Notes: generated by a model from the letters alone, not told the origin. Shown: positions 1-13,047, counted from the stretch's first letter. The stretch is 64,000 bases of DNA from Octopus vulgaris (GCA_951406725.2 OX597841.1:16802001-16866000), one strand, 5' to 3'. Numbers and translations are program-made.

Positions 1-57
1 GCTGTTCCGTTGATTCGGATCAACCGGAACCCTCGTCGTCGTAACCGACGGAGTGCT
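1..57 (+). mobile_element. 3' tail of SINE family C (CORE-like, octopus OR2-like)
   Basis: gttccgttgat..ggatcaac.ggaaccctcgtcgtcgtaaccgacggagtgc; the same tail is seen reverse-complemented at 14464-14520 and partially at ~15020-15060. Confidence 0.65.
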
Positions 58-464
58 TCCATCCATTATCAAATAAATTTTTTAAAAAACGAGACAAAAC
101 CCCCCAAGAAAACTTACTCAAGATACCAGGGCGTGAGATCGAAACTGAGACAACCCCTTCTCCAAACGCCGGATTGCGTAACATATTTCTTCATCGTACA
201 TCCACGATAACGGTTTCTGTATAAAGTTATTATTCAATGACAGCGCGATGGGAGAGATTTGACGATAAACACAACGGAAGATGAGCGAAGGACTTAGCAG
301 ATTACCAAAGGGAATTGATGGGAAACACGCCAATGCAACGACGAAGAGAGGCTGGTAATTAATTAAATGGCGTAAGGCTGTTTTCCATAAAAGTATCAGA
401 AACAAGGGAATTAACTCGCTAGCACACCACAACACACACAAACGGAAGAAAAAGCTCTGGACGA

Positions 465-556
465 AATATGTGTGTGTGTGTGTGTGTGTGTATGAATGTA
501 TTTATATATCTGCATATTTATGTGTATGTATATATGTATATCTATGAATGTATATG

Positions 557-587
<31 letters not shown>

Positions 588-1111
588 GAATGTATATGTA
601 TGTATGTATATATATATATTTATGTATACATATATACGTGTGTGTGTGTATATGAATATATTTCTGTATAAATACGTGTATATATATGTATATATATATA
701 TATATATGCATATATATATATATATACATACATACACATATGTATATATATGCATATATATATATACATACATACACATATGTATATATATGTATATATA
801 TATACATACATACACATATGTATATATATGTATATATATATACATACATACACATATGTATGTATATATATGTATATATATATATACATACATACACATA
901 TGTATATATATGTATATATATATACATACATACACATATGTATATATATGTATATATATATACATACATACACATATGTATATATATATACATACATACA
1001 CATATGTATATATATATATATATATATACATACACATATGTATATATACATATATATGTGTGTGTGTGCGTGCATATATATATACATATATATATATGTG
1101 TGTGTGTGTGC

Positions 1112-1150
<39 letters not shown>

Positions 1151-1172
1151 CATACACACACACATTAGTGTG

Positions 1173-1206
<34 letters not shown>

Positions 1207-1230
1207 ACACACACACATGTGTGCTTGTAT

Positions 1231-1264
<34 letters not shown>

Positions 1265-1290
1265 TTAGTGTGCTTGTATGTGATAATATC
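465..1290. repeat. compound (TG)n/(TA)n/(TACA)n microsatellite
   Basis: direct reading; source of the YI/CV/HT ORFs. Confidence 0.95.
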
Positions 1291-2002
1291 TGAAGGAGAA
1301 ATAAAAGGCATAGGAAAAGAAAAAGAAAAATGGATAGGAACAGATTATCTGTTACCTTGCTATCATATTATGTTGTTGTCGATTGGATGCTAAGGGAATT
1401 AAGCTCACTAGACAGGAAACTACAAAATTAATCACCTCATTTACAACACACTGCTTAAACTATGATACTTACCGATTATATTTACCATGAATTGAATGAG
1501 GCAGGAGCCTTTACACAAATGGACATCGACTGTTACATATCTGCGTTTGGCGTAAACGTATTTGTGTTGGTGAAGAGGCTCAACGAATTCGCTACATGTT
1601 CGTGCGCGCGGTATCCGGATCGTTCTCACAGAGAGGCAACTTAAGGAGGGGGTGTCTTCTACTATAGCCCCGGTAATGAAACTGGTATGCATGTATGTGT
1701 TTGTGTGTGTGTATACATTCGAAACACACTTTGAGTCGAACCAGGGACAGCTGATGAACGGGAATTTTCCTTGTATTTTTTGTCCTGTACTCTGTTTTTT
1801 CGTTGTTTATAAAAAGTCCGTTTCCTTGTTTGATTTTATGTTCTCGTCTCTCGTTGTGTTCTACGTTTATTTGTGGTGTCCTGTACTCATATATATATAT
1901 ATATGTATGCATGTATATATACATGTAGATGTAAGTATGTACATATATGTATGTATATATGCATATATTTTATTATTTATTATATATATATATATATATA
2001 CT

Positions 2003-2385
2003 ATTTTACTTGTTTCAGTCATGTCACTGTGGCCATGCTGGAGCACCGCCTATAGTCGGGCAAATCGATTTCAGGACTTATTCTTTGTAAGCCTAGTAAT
2101 TATTCTATCGGTCGCTTTTGCCGAACTGCTAGGTTTCGGGGACGTAAACACACCAGAATCGGTTGTCAAGCGATGTTGGGGGCAAACACAGACACACACA
2201 CACTCACATACATATACATATATACGACGGGCTTCTTTCAGTTTCCGTCTACCAAATCCACTCACAAGGCTTTGGTCGGCCCGAGGCTATAGTAGAAGAC
2301 ACTTGCCGAAGGTGCCACGTAGTGGGACTGAACCCGAAATCATGTGGTTTGTAAGAAAGCGACTTACCACACAGCCACTCCTACG

Positions 2386-2388
<3 letters not shown>
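2003..2388 (-). mobile_element. SINE family A (tRNA-derived, octopus OK-like), full length
   Basis: RC reads ggcgtaggagtggctgtgtggt (A box)...gggttcagtccc (B box)...cttcggcaagtgtcttctactatagc...tail ggcggtgctccagcatggcc...tgactgaaacaagtaaaa; >15 copies in window. Confidence 0.9.
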
Positions 2389-2431
<43 letters not shown>

Positions 2432-2434
<3 letters not shown>

Positions 2435-2559
2435 GGTGTCCCCAAAAAATGTATACACACCTTAAATAATTGTAAATTTGTTATTCTTTGTAAGCCTAGT
2501 ACTTATTCTATCGTTCTCTTTTGCCGAACCACTATGTGTATACATTTTTTTGGGACACC

Positions 2560-2562
<3 letters not shown>
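2432..2562. mobile_element. Tc1/mariner-type MITE with 28-bp TIRs
   Basis: CAGGGTGTCCCCAAAAAATGTATACACA ... TGTGTATACATTTTTTTGGGACACCCTG (1 mismatch), flanked by TA. Confidence 0.85.
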
Positions 2563-2603
<41 letters not shown>

Positions 2604-2809
2604 GGGGGGTGTCATTCAGAGCAAGGCCCACAGCTTCAAGATTCCGAGCTGATATTGAGATAGAAATGGAGAGACTTTATATAAACATATTCACATGGAG
2701 CACAAAAAGTAAACAATGAAATTACTGGATGAAAATAAGCTTATTAAGATTATTTCGTATGTCCGGGCCTCCTGGAACAGCTGTCGAATTATAAAACTGC
2801 ACGTTTATT

Positions 2810-3535
2810 ATATTTTTAAGAATTGAGCCAGTGGCATCGAATTTGTCACGAATGCGGTAAATGGTTTGTCTCTGGGGTGCTTTATTACCAAAAGTTTCAA
2901 CCCATTTTGTTCCAACGTCTGCAGAATTTTGAGATTTCCAATATTCTTTTAACACCCACTAGCAGCATAGCCCGGCGTTTCCCGGGTATGTAAGAGCCCC
3001 TAGTAGGCAACGACTAATCCCAATCTAGTTCTTTCCCTCTAGGGAACGAAGGCGCATGTGTAGGTTGCAATGTCTTCTCTTCACTCGAATTCTTCTATGT
3101 ATACGATGTTCCTAGCTGTCTCCCGACAGAAAATGTGTTGCATATAAAAAGCTTAGATTCTCGACCCCATGTCGAATTTATCGATTTTTTTCAGAACAGG
3201 GGGAACTTTTCAAAATTTTCGCTGCATTAGTTTTGAATTATGACATTGGGCTGTATGTGTGTCAAGTTTCATCAGAATCGGTTGAAAGCCGTGGTCAGGG
3301 TGAGGGTACAACATGACAGACACACAGACAGACAAACTGCCGTTTATATATAGAGAGATTTTCATTCACTCGTATTTAAATTATTTGCCATTAAGTGTTC
3401 TCTTCAATTATCTGAAAAGAAAAGGGATTAATTACATAAATTTAGTTATAAAATAATATTGCACAAATGCCACAGTTATAACCGATACACAAACCTATTC
3501 GACCTACTGTCCACCTAATTTAGGACTAGCCGGTG
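2810..3535 (-). pseudogene. Tc1/mariner transposase N-terminal (HTH, DUF4817-like) fragment, split by a Helitron
   Basis: Removing 2959-3358 gives MANNLNTSE*KWVLKEYWKSQNSADVGTKWVETFGNKAPQRQTIYRIRDKFDATGSI; putative TIR TA|CACCGGCTAGTCCTAAATTAGGTGGACAG at ~3505-3535. Confidence 0.7.
2959..3358 (-). mobile_element. non-autonomous Helitron (400 bp)
   Basis: 5' TC (TCTCTCTATATATAAA), 3' hairpin CCCGG-GAAACG-CCGGG then CTAG, inserted between A and T with no TSD; internal TARNIVYIEEFE* resembles the RepHel C-terminus (T.NIVY.E). Confidence 0.9.
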
Positions 3536-3681
3536 TATATATTAAAGAGAGAACTATCGTAAATAATAAAAATAATATATATATACACACACATTTATAT
3601 ACATATATATAAATATACATACATTTATATATATATATATATATACGCATTTATATGTATATATATATATATATATACGCA

Positions 3682-3718
<37 letters not shown>

Positions 3719-4114
3719 TCACACACACACACACACATTTTAAAAGTATGGAAGATCATCCTTGCTGAGCCATGGGGTTATAAGGACTCAGTATCGAGAT
3801 GTCAAGGATACGCTTTACTAAGATTAACGAGGCTTTGCACAAAATGGTGGGTGCAGTGGATTTTGCTAAAGAACTGTCCTGATTTTCTCCAGCATCCAGG
3901 TTCTATGAATTTATCTGTATTGATGCAAGCATTTCTAGATATTGGCGAAAGGCGAAATTCCTTTAGGCTTCCCGTTTTCATAGGAATGCATGTAATAATT
4001 TACTTAGCTCGAAGACTTTCCGGTTTTGCGATTTCCCGACTGATTTTTGAGAGGTTGACATGACCTGCGTTTCCGTCGATTAAAACACCAATTGTTCCAG
4101 ATGATTCGATCAGC

Positions 4115-4362
4115 ATATATACATTCATATATTTATATATATACATATATACATTCATATGCTTATATATATATATACATATATATACATTCATATACTT
4201 ATATATATATACATTCATAAAAATATATCTATATATATATATACATTTATATACTTATATATATACATTCATATACTTATATATATACATTCATATACTT
4301 ATATATATACATTCATATACTTATATATATACATTCATATACTATATATATACATTCATATA

Positions 4363-4401
<39 letters not shown>

Positions 4402-4474
4402 TCATATATATATATATATACACACATATATATATATATATATATATACACATTATATATATATATATATATAT

Positions 4475-4567
<93 letters not shown>

Positions 4568-4568
4568 T

Positions 4569-4611
<43 letters not shown>

Positions 4612-4748
4612 TATACACATTCATATATATATATATATATAGACACACATATACACATTCATATATATATATATATACACATTCATATATATATATATAT
4701 ATACATATACACATTCATATATATATATATATATATATATACACATTC

Positions 4749-4824
<76 letters not shown>

Positions 4825-5048
4825 TCATATATATATATATATATATATACACATTCATATATATATATATACACATTCATATATATATATATATATACAC
4901 ATTCATATATTTATATACATATACATTCATATACTTATATATATACACATATACATTCATATACTTATATATATACACATATACATTCATATGCTTATAT
5001 ATACATATATACATTCATATACTTATATATATATATAAAACGTATATA
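4115..5048. repeat. (TA)n-derived minisatellite (TATATACACATTCA-type units)
   Basis: direct reading. Confidence 0.9.
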
Positions 5049-5255
5049 GGTCAGTAGGTCTAGTGAAGGGGCATGGCTCAGTGGTTACAGCGCTGGACTG
5101 ACATACAGTTTCTTCTATTTTCTTCTCTTCTAGTTATTCTATTTCCTTGAAAAATTTTCTCCCAGGCGTTAATCACAACAATTCGTCTTGGCTTATCGGT
5201 TGTTTACTCTGGACGTTGACTCTGTCGTTGTCTGATCGTTCGAAGCTCTAGCTTA

Positions 5256-5651
5256 CTCTTTTACTCTTTTACTTGTTTCTGTCATTTGACTGCGGTCATG
5301 CTGCAGCACCGCCTTTAATCGAGAAAATCGATCCCAGGACTTATTCTTCGTAAGCCTAGTACCTATTCTATCGGTCTCCTTTGCCGAACCGCCAAGTAAC
5401 GGGGACGTAAGCACACCAGCATCGGTTGTCAAGCAATGCTAGGGGGACAAACACACACACAAACACACACAGGCATATATATATATGCGACGGGCTTCTT
5501 TCAGTTTCCGTCTACCAAATCCACTCACAAAGCTTTGGTTGGCCCGACGCTGTAGTAGAAGAAACTTGCCCAAGGTGCCACGCAGTGGGGCTGTAACCGG
5601 AACCATGTGGTTGGTAAACAAGCTACCTACCACACAGCCACACCTGCGCCT
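5256..5651 (-). mobile_element. SINE family A, full length
   Basis: matches the 2003-2388 and 12462-12870 copies along head, body and tail. Confidence 0.9.
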
Positions 5652-5915
5652 ATATTTTGCGCAATGTGTATTTTTCATTTCAATTACACACACACCCACG
5701 CAGACACTCTCACACATGCACACACTCACACACACACAAGATATGAGGGTGTAATCTGAAAGAAATTTGGCTGGTATTTCTCAGAAACTTTCCTCCTAGA
5801 GATCTTCCTCGCTGACTCGTACAAATAAACATACACAAGATAGTAAGATGTGATTTAAGGGAGATTTGGTTGCCATTTCTAAAACGTTTAGATACCTACA
5901 GGTCTCCCTCTTTGG

Positions 5916-5975
<60 letters not shown>

Positions 5976-6010
5976 TGGAGTTGAACGAAAATGCTATTAA
6001 AATTCTTTTA

Positions 6011-6078
6011 CTTTCGACATATGTTTCGAAGACAACTTGGTTTTATTCCAAAGGAATGCAATCTTCTCATCAGGAAAG
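6011..6078 (-). ncRNA. type I hammerhead ribozyme motif (family ACAUAUGU)
   Basis: RC: CUUUC CUGAUGA GAAGA-loop-UCUUC GAAAC AUAU GUC^ GAAAG; stems I and II fully paired, canonical core. Confidence 0.85.
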
Positions 6079-6338
6079 AAAAGAAAGGGAGCCTCTCTCA
6101 ACAACAAGACATTATAACAATTACGATGGCTGCCTAAATGATAAGCAGAACGTTATTAAGTATTCAAAAAACTGTTAGTAGATTTGATGTCAAAGGCAGA
6201 TAGTAGGAAGAGAAGGGTTAAAGAAATAATAAGTAGAGAACAAATAAAGGGGGATACGTTGATTGAGAAAACGTTTAAAGGCTTCTTGTTTTCCATGTTA
6301 ACGGTAAACAAAGGATAATTCATTCATCCGTTTAAATA

Positions 6339-6369
<31 letters not shown>

Positions 6370-6372
<3 letters not shown>

Positions 6373-7087
6373 TAATAAATATTAGGGAATAAATCCAAAC
6401 TTACAGGGAAAAATCAGATTTAAGATTGAATCCAATTTTATAGTAAAATATTATATTATATTAAATTAGAGACAAAACCACTATTAGGCAAATCAAACAA
6501 TGAAAAACTTAAGCCAATACATATGATTAATTTATATTATTTAAATATTTAACAAAATTATTAAAAAAATATAATTAATATCACACTACGATCGTTTCAT
6601 GCCTGCTAACATCTTCAAATTTTTGAGTCGCAGTCATTCATCAGGTGGTTTAAATATCTAAAATATAATCAATATTTTTAAGATATAAATAATATATATA
6701 ATATAATAATTTTACTTATAATAAACTCTATTATTAAATATGATTATATCGAAATCGACTATAATGTGAAATATTAACTTTAATTTATAAGGTAGAAAAC
6801 CCATATTCTAATATCAATATTAGTCTATATCTAATTACATAAATATTTAAAATGACTAATATATATAAATTACCAATGAAAATATATATAAATATTATAA
6901 TCAAGATCTAAAATAATCTCTATAAATTTGAAGATGTTAGTAGGCATGAAACGATCGTAGTGTGATATTAATTATATTTTTTTAATAATTTTGTTATATA
7001 TTTAAATAATATAAATTAATCATATGTATTGGCTTAAGTTTTTCATTGTTTGATTTGCCTAATAGTGGTTTTGTCTCTAATTTAATA
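6370..7087. mobile_element. AT-rich Penelope-like non-coding element with ~160-bp inverted arms
   Basis: ~6460-6622 is the reverse complement of ~6923-7087; carries a hammerhead motif; related tails at 12313-12420 and ~52650-52700. Confidence 0.6.
6584..6648 (-). ncRNA. type I hammerhead ribozyme motif (family ACGAUCGU)
   Basis: RC: CAC CUGAUGA AUGaCUGC...GCAGgCAU GAAAC GAUC GUA^ GUG. Confidence 0.75.
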
Positions 7088-7088
7088 T

Positions 7089-7130
<42 letters not shown>

Positions 7131-7149
7131 TTCTAAGAAGTTCTGTTAC

Positions 7150-8100
7150 GGAGGGGTTTCGTTCCCTGACTCATACATGTATACATACATGAGACAATAG
7201 GCTGTGACTTAAGGGAGATTTAGCTCATATTTCTAACAAGTCAAGCTATCATGTAGAGACAGCGTTTGTTGACTCATACGTACATATACACATAAATTAG
7301 ACAGTAGGTTGCGATTTGAGGGAGATTTAGTCAGTATTTCTAGAAGACCTTGCAAAAATCGAGAGGTCTCTTTTGTTGCTTCATACATACATATATACAT
7401 ACATAGGGGCAGGAGGTTGCGATTTGAGGGAGATTTGGCTACTATTTCTACCAGGTCTAGCTATCATATACACGTCTCTCTCACTGGCTCATAAATATGT
7501 ACATACATAAGACAGTAGGATGTGATTTGAGGGAGATTTGGCTGTTCTTTCTACCAGGTTTAACTACTATATAGAAGTCTCTTATTGGTTTATACAAAAA
7601 AATATACATAAGACAGTAGGGTGTTATTTGTAGGTGATTTGGCTACTATTTCTTCCAAGTGTAGCCACCATATAGACGTCTCCCTCATTGACTCATACAT
7701 GTGTACATGCGTATGACAGTATGGTGTGATTTGAGGGAGATTTGGCTGTTCTTTCTACCAGGTTTAACTACTATATAGACGTCTCTTATTGGTTTATACA
7801 AAAAAATATACATAAGACAGTAGTGTGTTATTTGAGGGTGATTTGGCTACTATTTCTACCAAGTGTAGCCACCATATAGACGTCTCCCTCATTGGCTCAT
7901 ACATATGTACATGCGTATGACAGTAGTGTGTTATTTGAGGGTGATTTGGCTACTATTTCTACCAAGTGTAGCCACCATATAGACGTCTCCCTCATTGACT
8001 CATACATATGTGCATGCGTAAGACAGTATGGTGTGATTTGGGAGAGATATGGCTACCATTTCTAGCACAGGGAGTGGCTAAATTTATACTCCCTCATTGG
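7150..8100. repeat. ~102-bp minisatellite (gacagtag..gtgatttgagggagatttggct..), ~9 units with a ~204-bp higher-order repeat
   Basis: unit starts near 7511, 7613, 7716, 7817, 7920, 8022; dispersed copies at ~5740-5920 and RC ~35580-35615. Confidence 0.85.
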
Positions 8101-8384
8101 CGAGATAGACGAGATTAAACCTTATCTGATGAGATGTCACCATATCTAATATGTCAAGACACCAACAACGCCGTCTCTCCCACCACCATTATGACACCCG
8201 CTACGTTCTCTCCTCTGTCTCCCTTTACCCCTTCTGCTCTCTCTCTCTCTCTCTCTCTTACTTTCACTTTCACTTTCTCTTCATATTAATGGAGAACTAA
8301 ATTAAGAAATTTGTCAAATTTCGCCATCATCAAGGAGCAAGAGGTCAACAGTACTGAAGATAGGAGAGGCAGGATATGTGGCGT

Positions 8385-8734
8385 GCGTATGTGTGTGCGT
8401 ATATATATATATATATATATAGTGTGTATTTATGTGTATGTATTTATTTATATGTATGTGTGTATGTGTGAGTATGTATGTGTTTGTGTACGTATGTATG
8501 TATATATATATACGTGTGTATGTATATGTTTATGTATGTATGTATGTGTGTGCGTATGTGTATGTATATGTCTATGTATGTAAATATGCGTTCATATGTA
8601 TGTAATATATATATATACACACATATATGTACATATATATACATGTATATGTACATATATATACATGTATATACATATATATATGCATTCACACATAAAT
8701 ATAACTATATATGCACATATATTTATGCATGTAG

Positions 8735-8773
<39 letters not shown>

Positions 8774-8873
8774 TACATACGTACATACATATGTGCACAT
8801 ATATATGATGTACATATACACACTGTACTACTTTCCATGTGTAGATATATGCATGCATGCACGCACAGGTATG

Positions 8874-8916
<43 letters not shown>

Positions 8917-9163
8917 GTAAGTACGAACATGGTTAAGTACATTCTTATATACAAACATGCATAGATTCAGAAGTGCATATATACACATATACATACATAC
9001 ACATACGCAAGTGCATACAGATATGCGCATCCACACACACATACAAGCATACAGGTAAATAAACATACACCCATTTATATATATATATTTATACACACCC
9101 ATTTATATATATATATATATATATACAAACATCCATCCATACACATACACAAGGCATATATAC

Positions 9164-9194
<31 letters not shown>

Positions 9195-9409
9195 CAAACA
9201 TACATCACATACACATACATCCATCCATATACATACACAAGGCATATATATATATATACATACACACACGTCACATACACACAAATATACATACACAAAC
9301 ACAAAGGCTCATGCACATAGATTCTGATATACATCACAGTTGCAGACATTCACATAATCACATACATATATATATGCGTGTGTATGTATGTATGTCTGTA
9401 TGTATGTAC

Positions 9410-9455
<46 letters not shown>

Positions 9456-9629
9456 AGGAACACGCATCTGCAGACACATACACAAGGATACAGATATACA
9501 TGTACATACATATATATCAATACACACACACACACACACACAATTCCTAACACTGACATAAACACACACGCCTCGCATGAACACACGCACGCACACATAC
9601 AAATACATACTCTGTAGCCTGTGTACTCC

Positions 9630-9660
<31 letters not shown>

Positions 9661-9993
9661 TACACATAATTAACCATACACACACGCACATATGTAGATA
9701 GATATACATACATACATACATATATATATATATACATACATAGACACATATATATATATATACATACATAGACACATATATATATATACATACATAGACA
9801 CATATATATATATATACATACATAGACACATATATATATATACATACATAGACACATATATATATATACATAGACACATATACATACATATATATATACA
9901 TACAGACATATACATACATATATATATACATACAGACATATACATGCATATATATATACATACAGACATATACATACATATATACATACGTAC

Positions 9994-10033
<40 letters not shown>

Positions 10034-10097
10034 AGACATACACATATATACATACATATTTCTATGCGTGCAAACATACATACTCTGTTGTCAACGA

Positions 10098-10147
<50 letters not shown>

Positions 10148-10150
10148 TGC
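8385..10150. repeat. compound TA/CA/TACA microsatellite field
   Basis: direct reading. Confidence 0.95.
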
Positions 10151-10375
10151 GTATAGAGTGTTTCTCGGCGCACCGCCACCCGTCCCCCGCACGAAGCCGC
10201 CGTCCTTGCTGAGCTGTGTGTGTGTGGCGCGGTCAGGCTTCTTCTCAATTACAAGCGGATCGATAAGTTCAACAAATCGTTATTGAGAGAGAGCGGACGT
10301 TAACAGGGCAGCTTAATTAATTGGCTGCAGTTAATCAGATCTTCTCTGGCCTACTACTCACGCTGCAGCCCACCA

Positions 10376-11045
10376 TGATGGTGGTGGTGGTGGTGGTGGT
10401 GGTGGTTGTGGTGGGGGTGGGGGTGGATGTGGGTGGGTGAGGACGGTGATGTTCATGGTGAGGTTGATGATGATGCGCGATGATCGCTGTAGGAGGGTGG
10501 TGGTGGTGGTGGTGGTGGTAGTTTTGATGGTGGTGATGGTGTTAGTGGTGGTGGTGTTGGTGATGATGATGATGGTGTTGGTGATGTTGGTGATGATGGT
10601 GGTAGTGGTGGTGATGATGATGGTGGTGGTGATGATGATGGTGATAGTGTTGGTGGTGATGATGACGATGGTGGTGGTGATGATGACGATGGTGGTGGTG
10701 ATGATGATGGTGCTGGTGGTGATGATGTTGGTGGTGGTGGTGATGATGATGGTAGTGTTGGTGTTGGTAGTGGTGGTGGTGGTAGTAGTAGTGGTGGTGA
10801 TGATGATGAAGAATGATGGGTGTGATGGTGGTTGTTTTAGTGGTGGTCGTGGTAGTGTTGATGACGATGATGATGATGGTGATGATGAGGAAGAAAGTTG
10901 GGGTGGTGGCTGTGGGGGCGTTTATGGTGGTGGTGGTGGTGGTGATAATAACAATGTTGATGATAATGATGTATGATGATAATGCTGCTGCTGCTGCTGC
11001 TGATGATGATGATGATGGTGATGGTGATGGTGATGATGGTGATGC
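10376..11045. repeat. (GTG)n/(GAT)n trinucleotide low-complexity tract
   Basis: direct reading; yields poly-V/M/H/D ORFs. Confidence 0.9.
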
Positions 11046-11195
11046 AACGTTAGCCTCTGGTCAGTTGGTGCTACTTGCAGCACTTGAAATATTGACCAAT
11101 GAGTAACGCTCATCATAGTGTTGTTCGTGTTGTTGTTGTTGTTGTAACTGCCGTTGATTTTCTTCTTCTTCTTGTCATTCTTTCATTCTTTCACT

Positions 11196-11424
11196 TTGTT
11201 TCGATCGTTCGACTGCGGCCATGCTGGAGCACCGACTTTAAAAAAAGTGGGGATGAGGATTTTAGTCGGAACAAATCTAACCGAGGACTCACTATTCTAT
11301 CACTCCTCTTTGTTGAACCACTAAGTTAGGGGGGACATAAACACAACGGCATCGGTTGTCAAGCGATAGTGGAGAGACTAACACAGACACAAAAACACAC
11401 ATAAATATATACATCACATATTTC

Positions 11425-11482
<58 letters not shown>

Positions 11483-11840
11483 GACGAGCTTCTTTCAGTT
11501 TGCGTCTACCAAATCCATTCACAAAGCTTTGGGCGACCTGTCAAGGGTAGAAACTCCGGGTACATGTGTAGAAATTTGTGTGTTGTATATGAATATGCTG
11601 TCTTCGAAACATGTGTCGAGAGTAAAGGAATTTTGTTAACATCTTCGTTCGACTCCATTCTTTCATATATATATATATATAAATATATATATGACGAGCT
11701 TCTTTCAGTTTCCGTCTACCAAATCCATTCACAAAGCTTTGGGCGACCCCTAGCTATAGTAGAAAAAATCTGCTCAAAGTGCCACGCAGTGGGACTGAAC
11801 GCGGGACCATGTGGTTGGGAAGCAAGCGTCTTACCACATA
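11196..11840 (-). mobile_element. SINE family A copy, interrupted and partly duplicated
   Basis: tail and body 11196-11540; gacgagcttctttcagttt...gggcgacc repeated at ~11692; head to ~11840; hammerhead-family 3' half (GAAACAUGUGUC) inserted at ~11598-11666. Confidence 0.75.
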
Positions 11841-12422
11841 ACGGAAGAAGCAGATTTAATTATGAATGTTGAGTTCGAACTTTTAAATGTCCCTGGCTAT
11901 TTACGACCACCAGCGGTGAATAGATGACGGTGAAATTACCGGACATGGAATCCACATCTCTTATTTTCGCGATAATTTCATTGACTGTCTACGCCAAGAT
12001 TTCTAAACTTAACGGGTACAAAAAGGATCGGAATCTTGGCGTAGACGATCAATGAAATTATCGCGAAAAGTTCACCATATGAATATGTCGACAGGATTCT
12101 TCAAATTCCATTTTCCTGTTATTTTTCAATAAAATAATTTTGAGCTATTAATGGAGAGACACTATGGATATATTTTCTCGGTAAACATTCCTCGCGGTGA
12201 ATTGATGGCGATGATTCGATTCCCATGCATGCTAATGACTTTCTGTTCTGCTGGTGGCTTTATATGCCCTATCACCAGACTATTTTCTACAATCAATATA
12301 TATATATATATATGTTTTGCAAAATAGTGGTTTGTCTCTAATAATAGTATTTTACTATAATATTGGTTAATCCTAAATCTGACCTGTAAATTTGGTTATT
12401 CTAATATTTATTATTATATATG

Positions 12423-12461
<39 letters not shown>

Positions 12462-12463
<2 letters not shown>

Positions 12464-12623
12464 CGTAGGAGTGGCTGTGTGGTAAGTAGCTTGTTTACGA
12501 ACCACATGGTTCCAGGTTCAGTCCCACTGCGTGGCACCTTGGGCAAGTGTCTTCTACTATAGCCTCGGGCCGACCAAAGCCTTGTGAGTGGATTTGGTAG
12601 ACGGAAACTGAAAGAAGCCCGTC

Positions 12624-12667
<44 letters not shown>

Positions 12668-12870
12668 ATGTTTGTGTGTCTGTGTTTGTCCCACCAACAT
12701 CGCTTGACAACCGATGCTGGTGTGTTTACGTCACCGTCACTTAGCGGTTCGGCAAAAGCGATAGAATAAGTACTAGGCTTCCAAAGAATAAGTCCTGGGT
12801 TCGATTCGCTCGACTAAAGGCGGTGCTCCAGCATGGCCACAGTCAAATGACTGAAACAAGTACAAAAAAA
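12462..12870 (+). mobile_element. SINE family A, full length
   Basis: ggcgtaggagtggctgtgtggtaagtagc...ggttcagtccc...gcaccttgggcaagtg...tgactgaaacaagt. Confidence 0.92.
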
Positions 12871-12871
12871 G

Positions 12872-12928
<57 letters not shown>

Positions 12929-13039
12929 GGCCTGTTCGCTTAGCCGGCGGGGTGGCGTCATTCGAAGGCTAAAACAATACGAAGCGCATTGTGACCAGCG
13001 ATGTGTAGCAACATCTGATGGTCTGGTCGGTCACATTAT

Positions 13040-13047
<8 letters not shown>
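12929..13047 (+). mobile_element. ~120-bp interspersed repeat (retroelement 3' tail-like)
   Basis: ggcctg.tcgcttagcc.gcggggtggcgtcatt.gaaggctaaaacaat...; second copy at 47145-47265. Confidence 0.65.

Noticed and set aside
1715-1775. GAAAC...GTC...CTGATGA in permuted (type II-like) order
   Set aside because: Neither stem I nor stem II can pair; probably the tail of a Penelope-like repeat
3740-4112. Unique-looking block with MSRIRFTKI, reminiscent of piggyBac MSRxRF
   Set aside because: Only one short motif, stops nearby, no TTAA/TIR or DDD motifs; likely an unidentified TE relic
5061-5103. tRNA-like GGGGCATGGCTCAGTGGTTACAGCGCTGGACT
   Set aside because: No T arm or acceptor stem; SINE head fragment rather than a tRNA gene
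8126-8160. CTGATGA (also at ~13015 and ~58805)
   Set aside because: No properly placed GAAA, stem II or stem I
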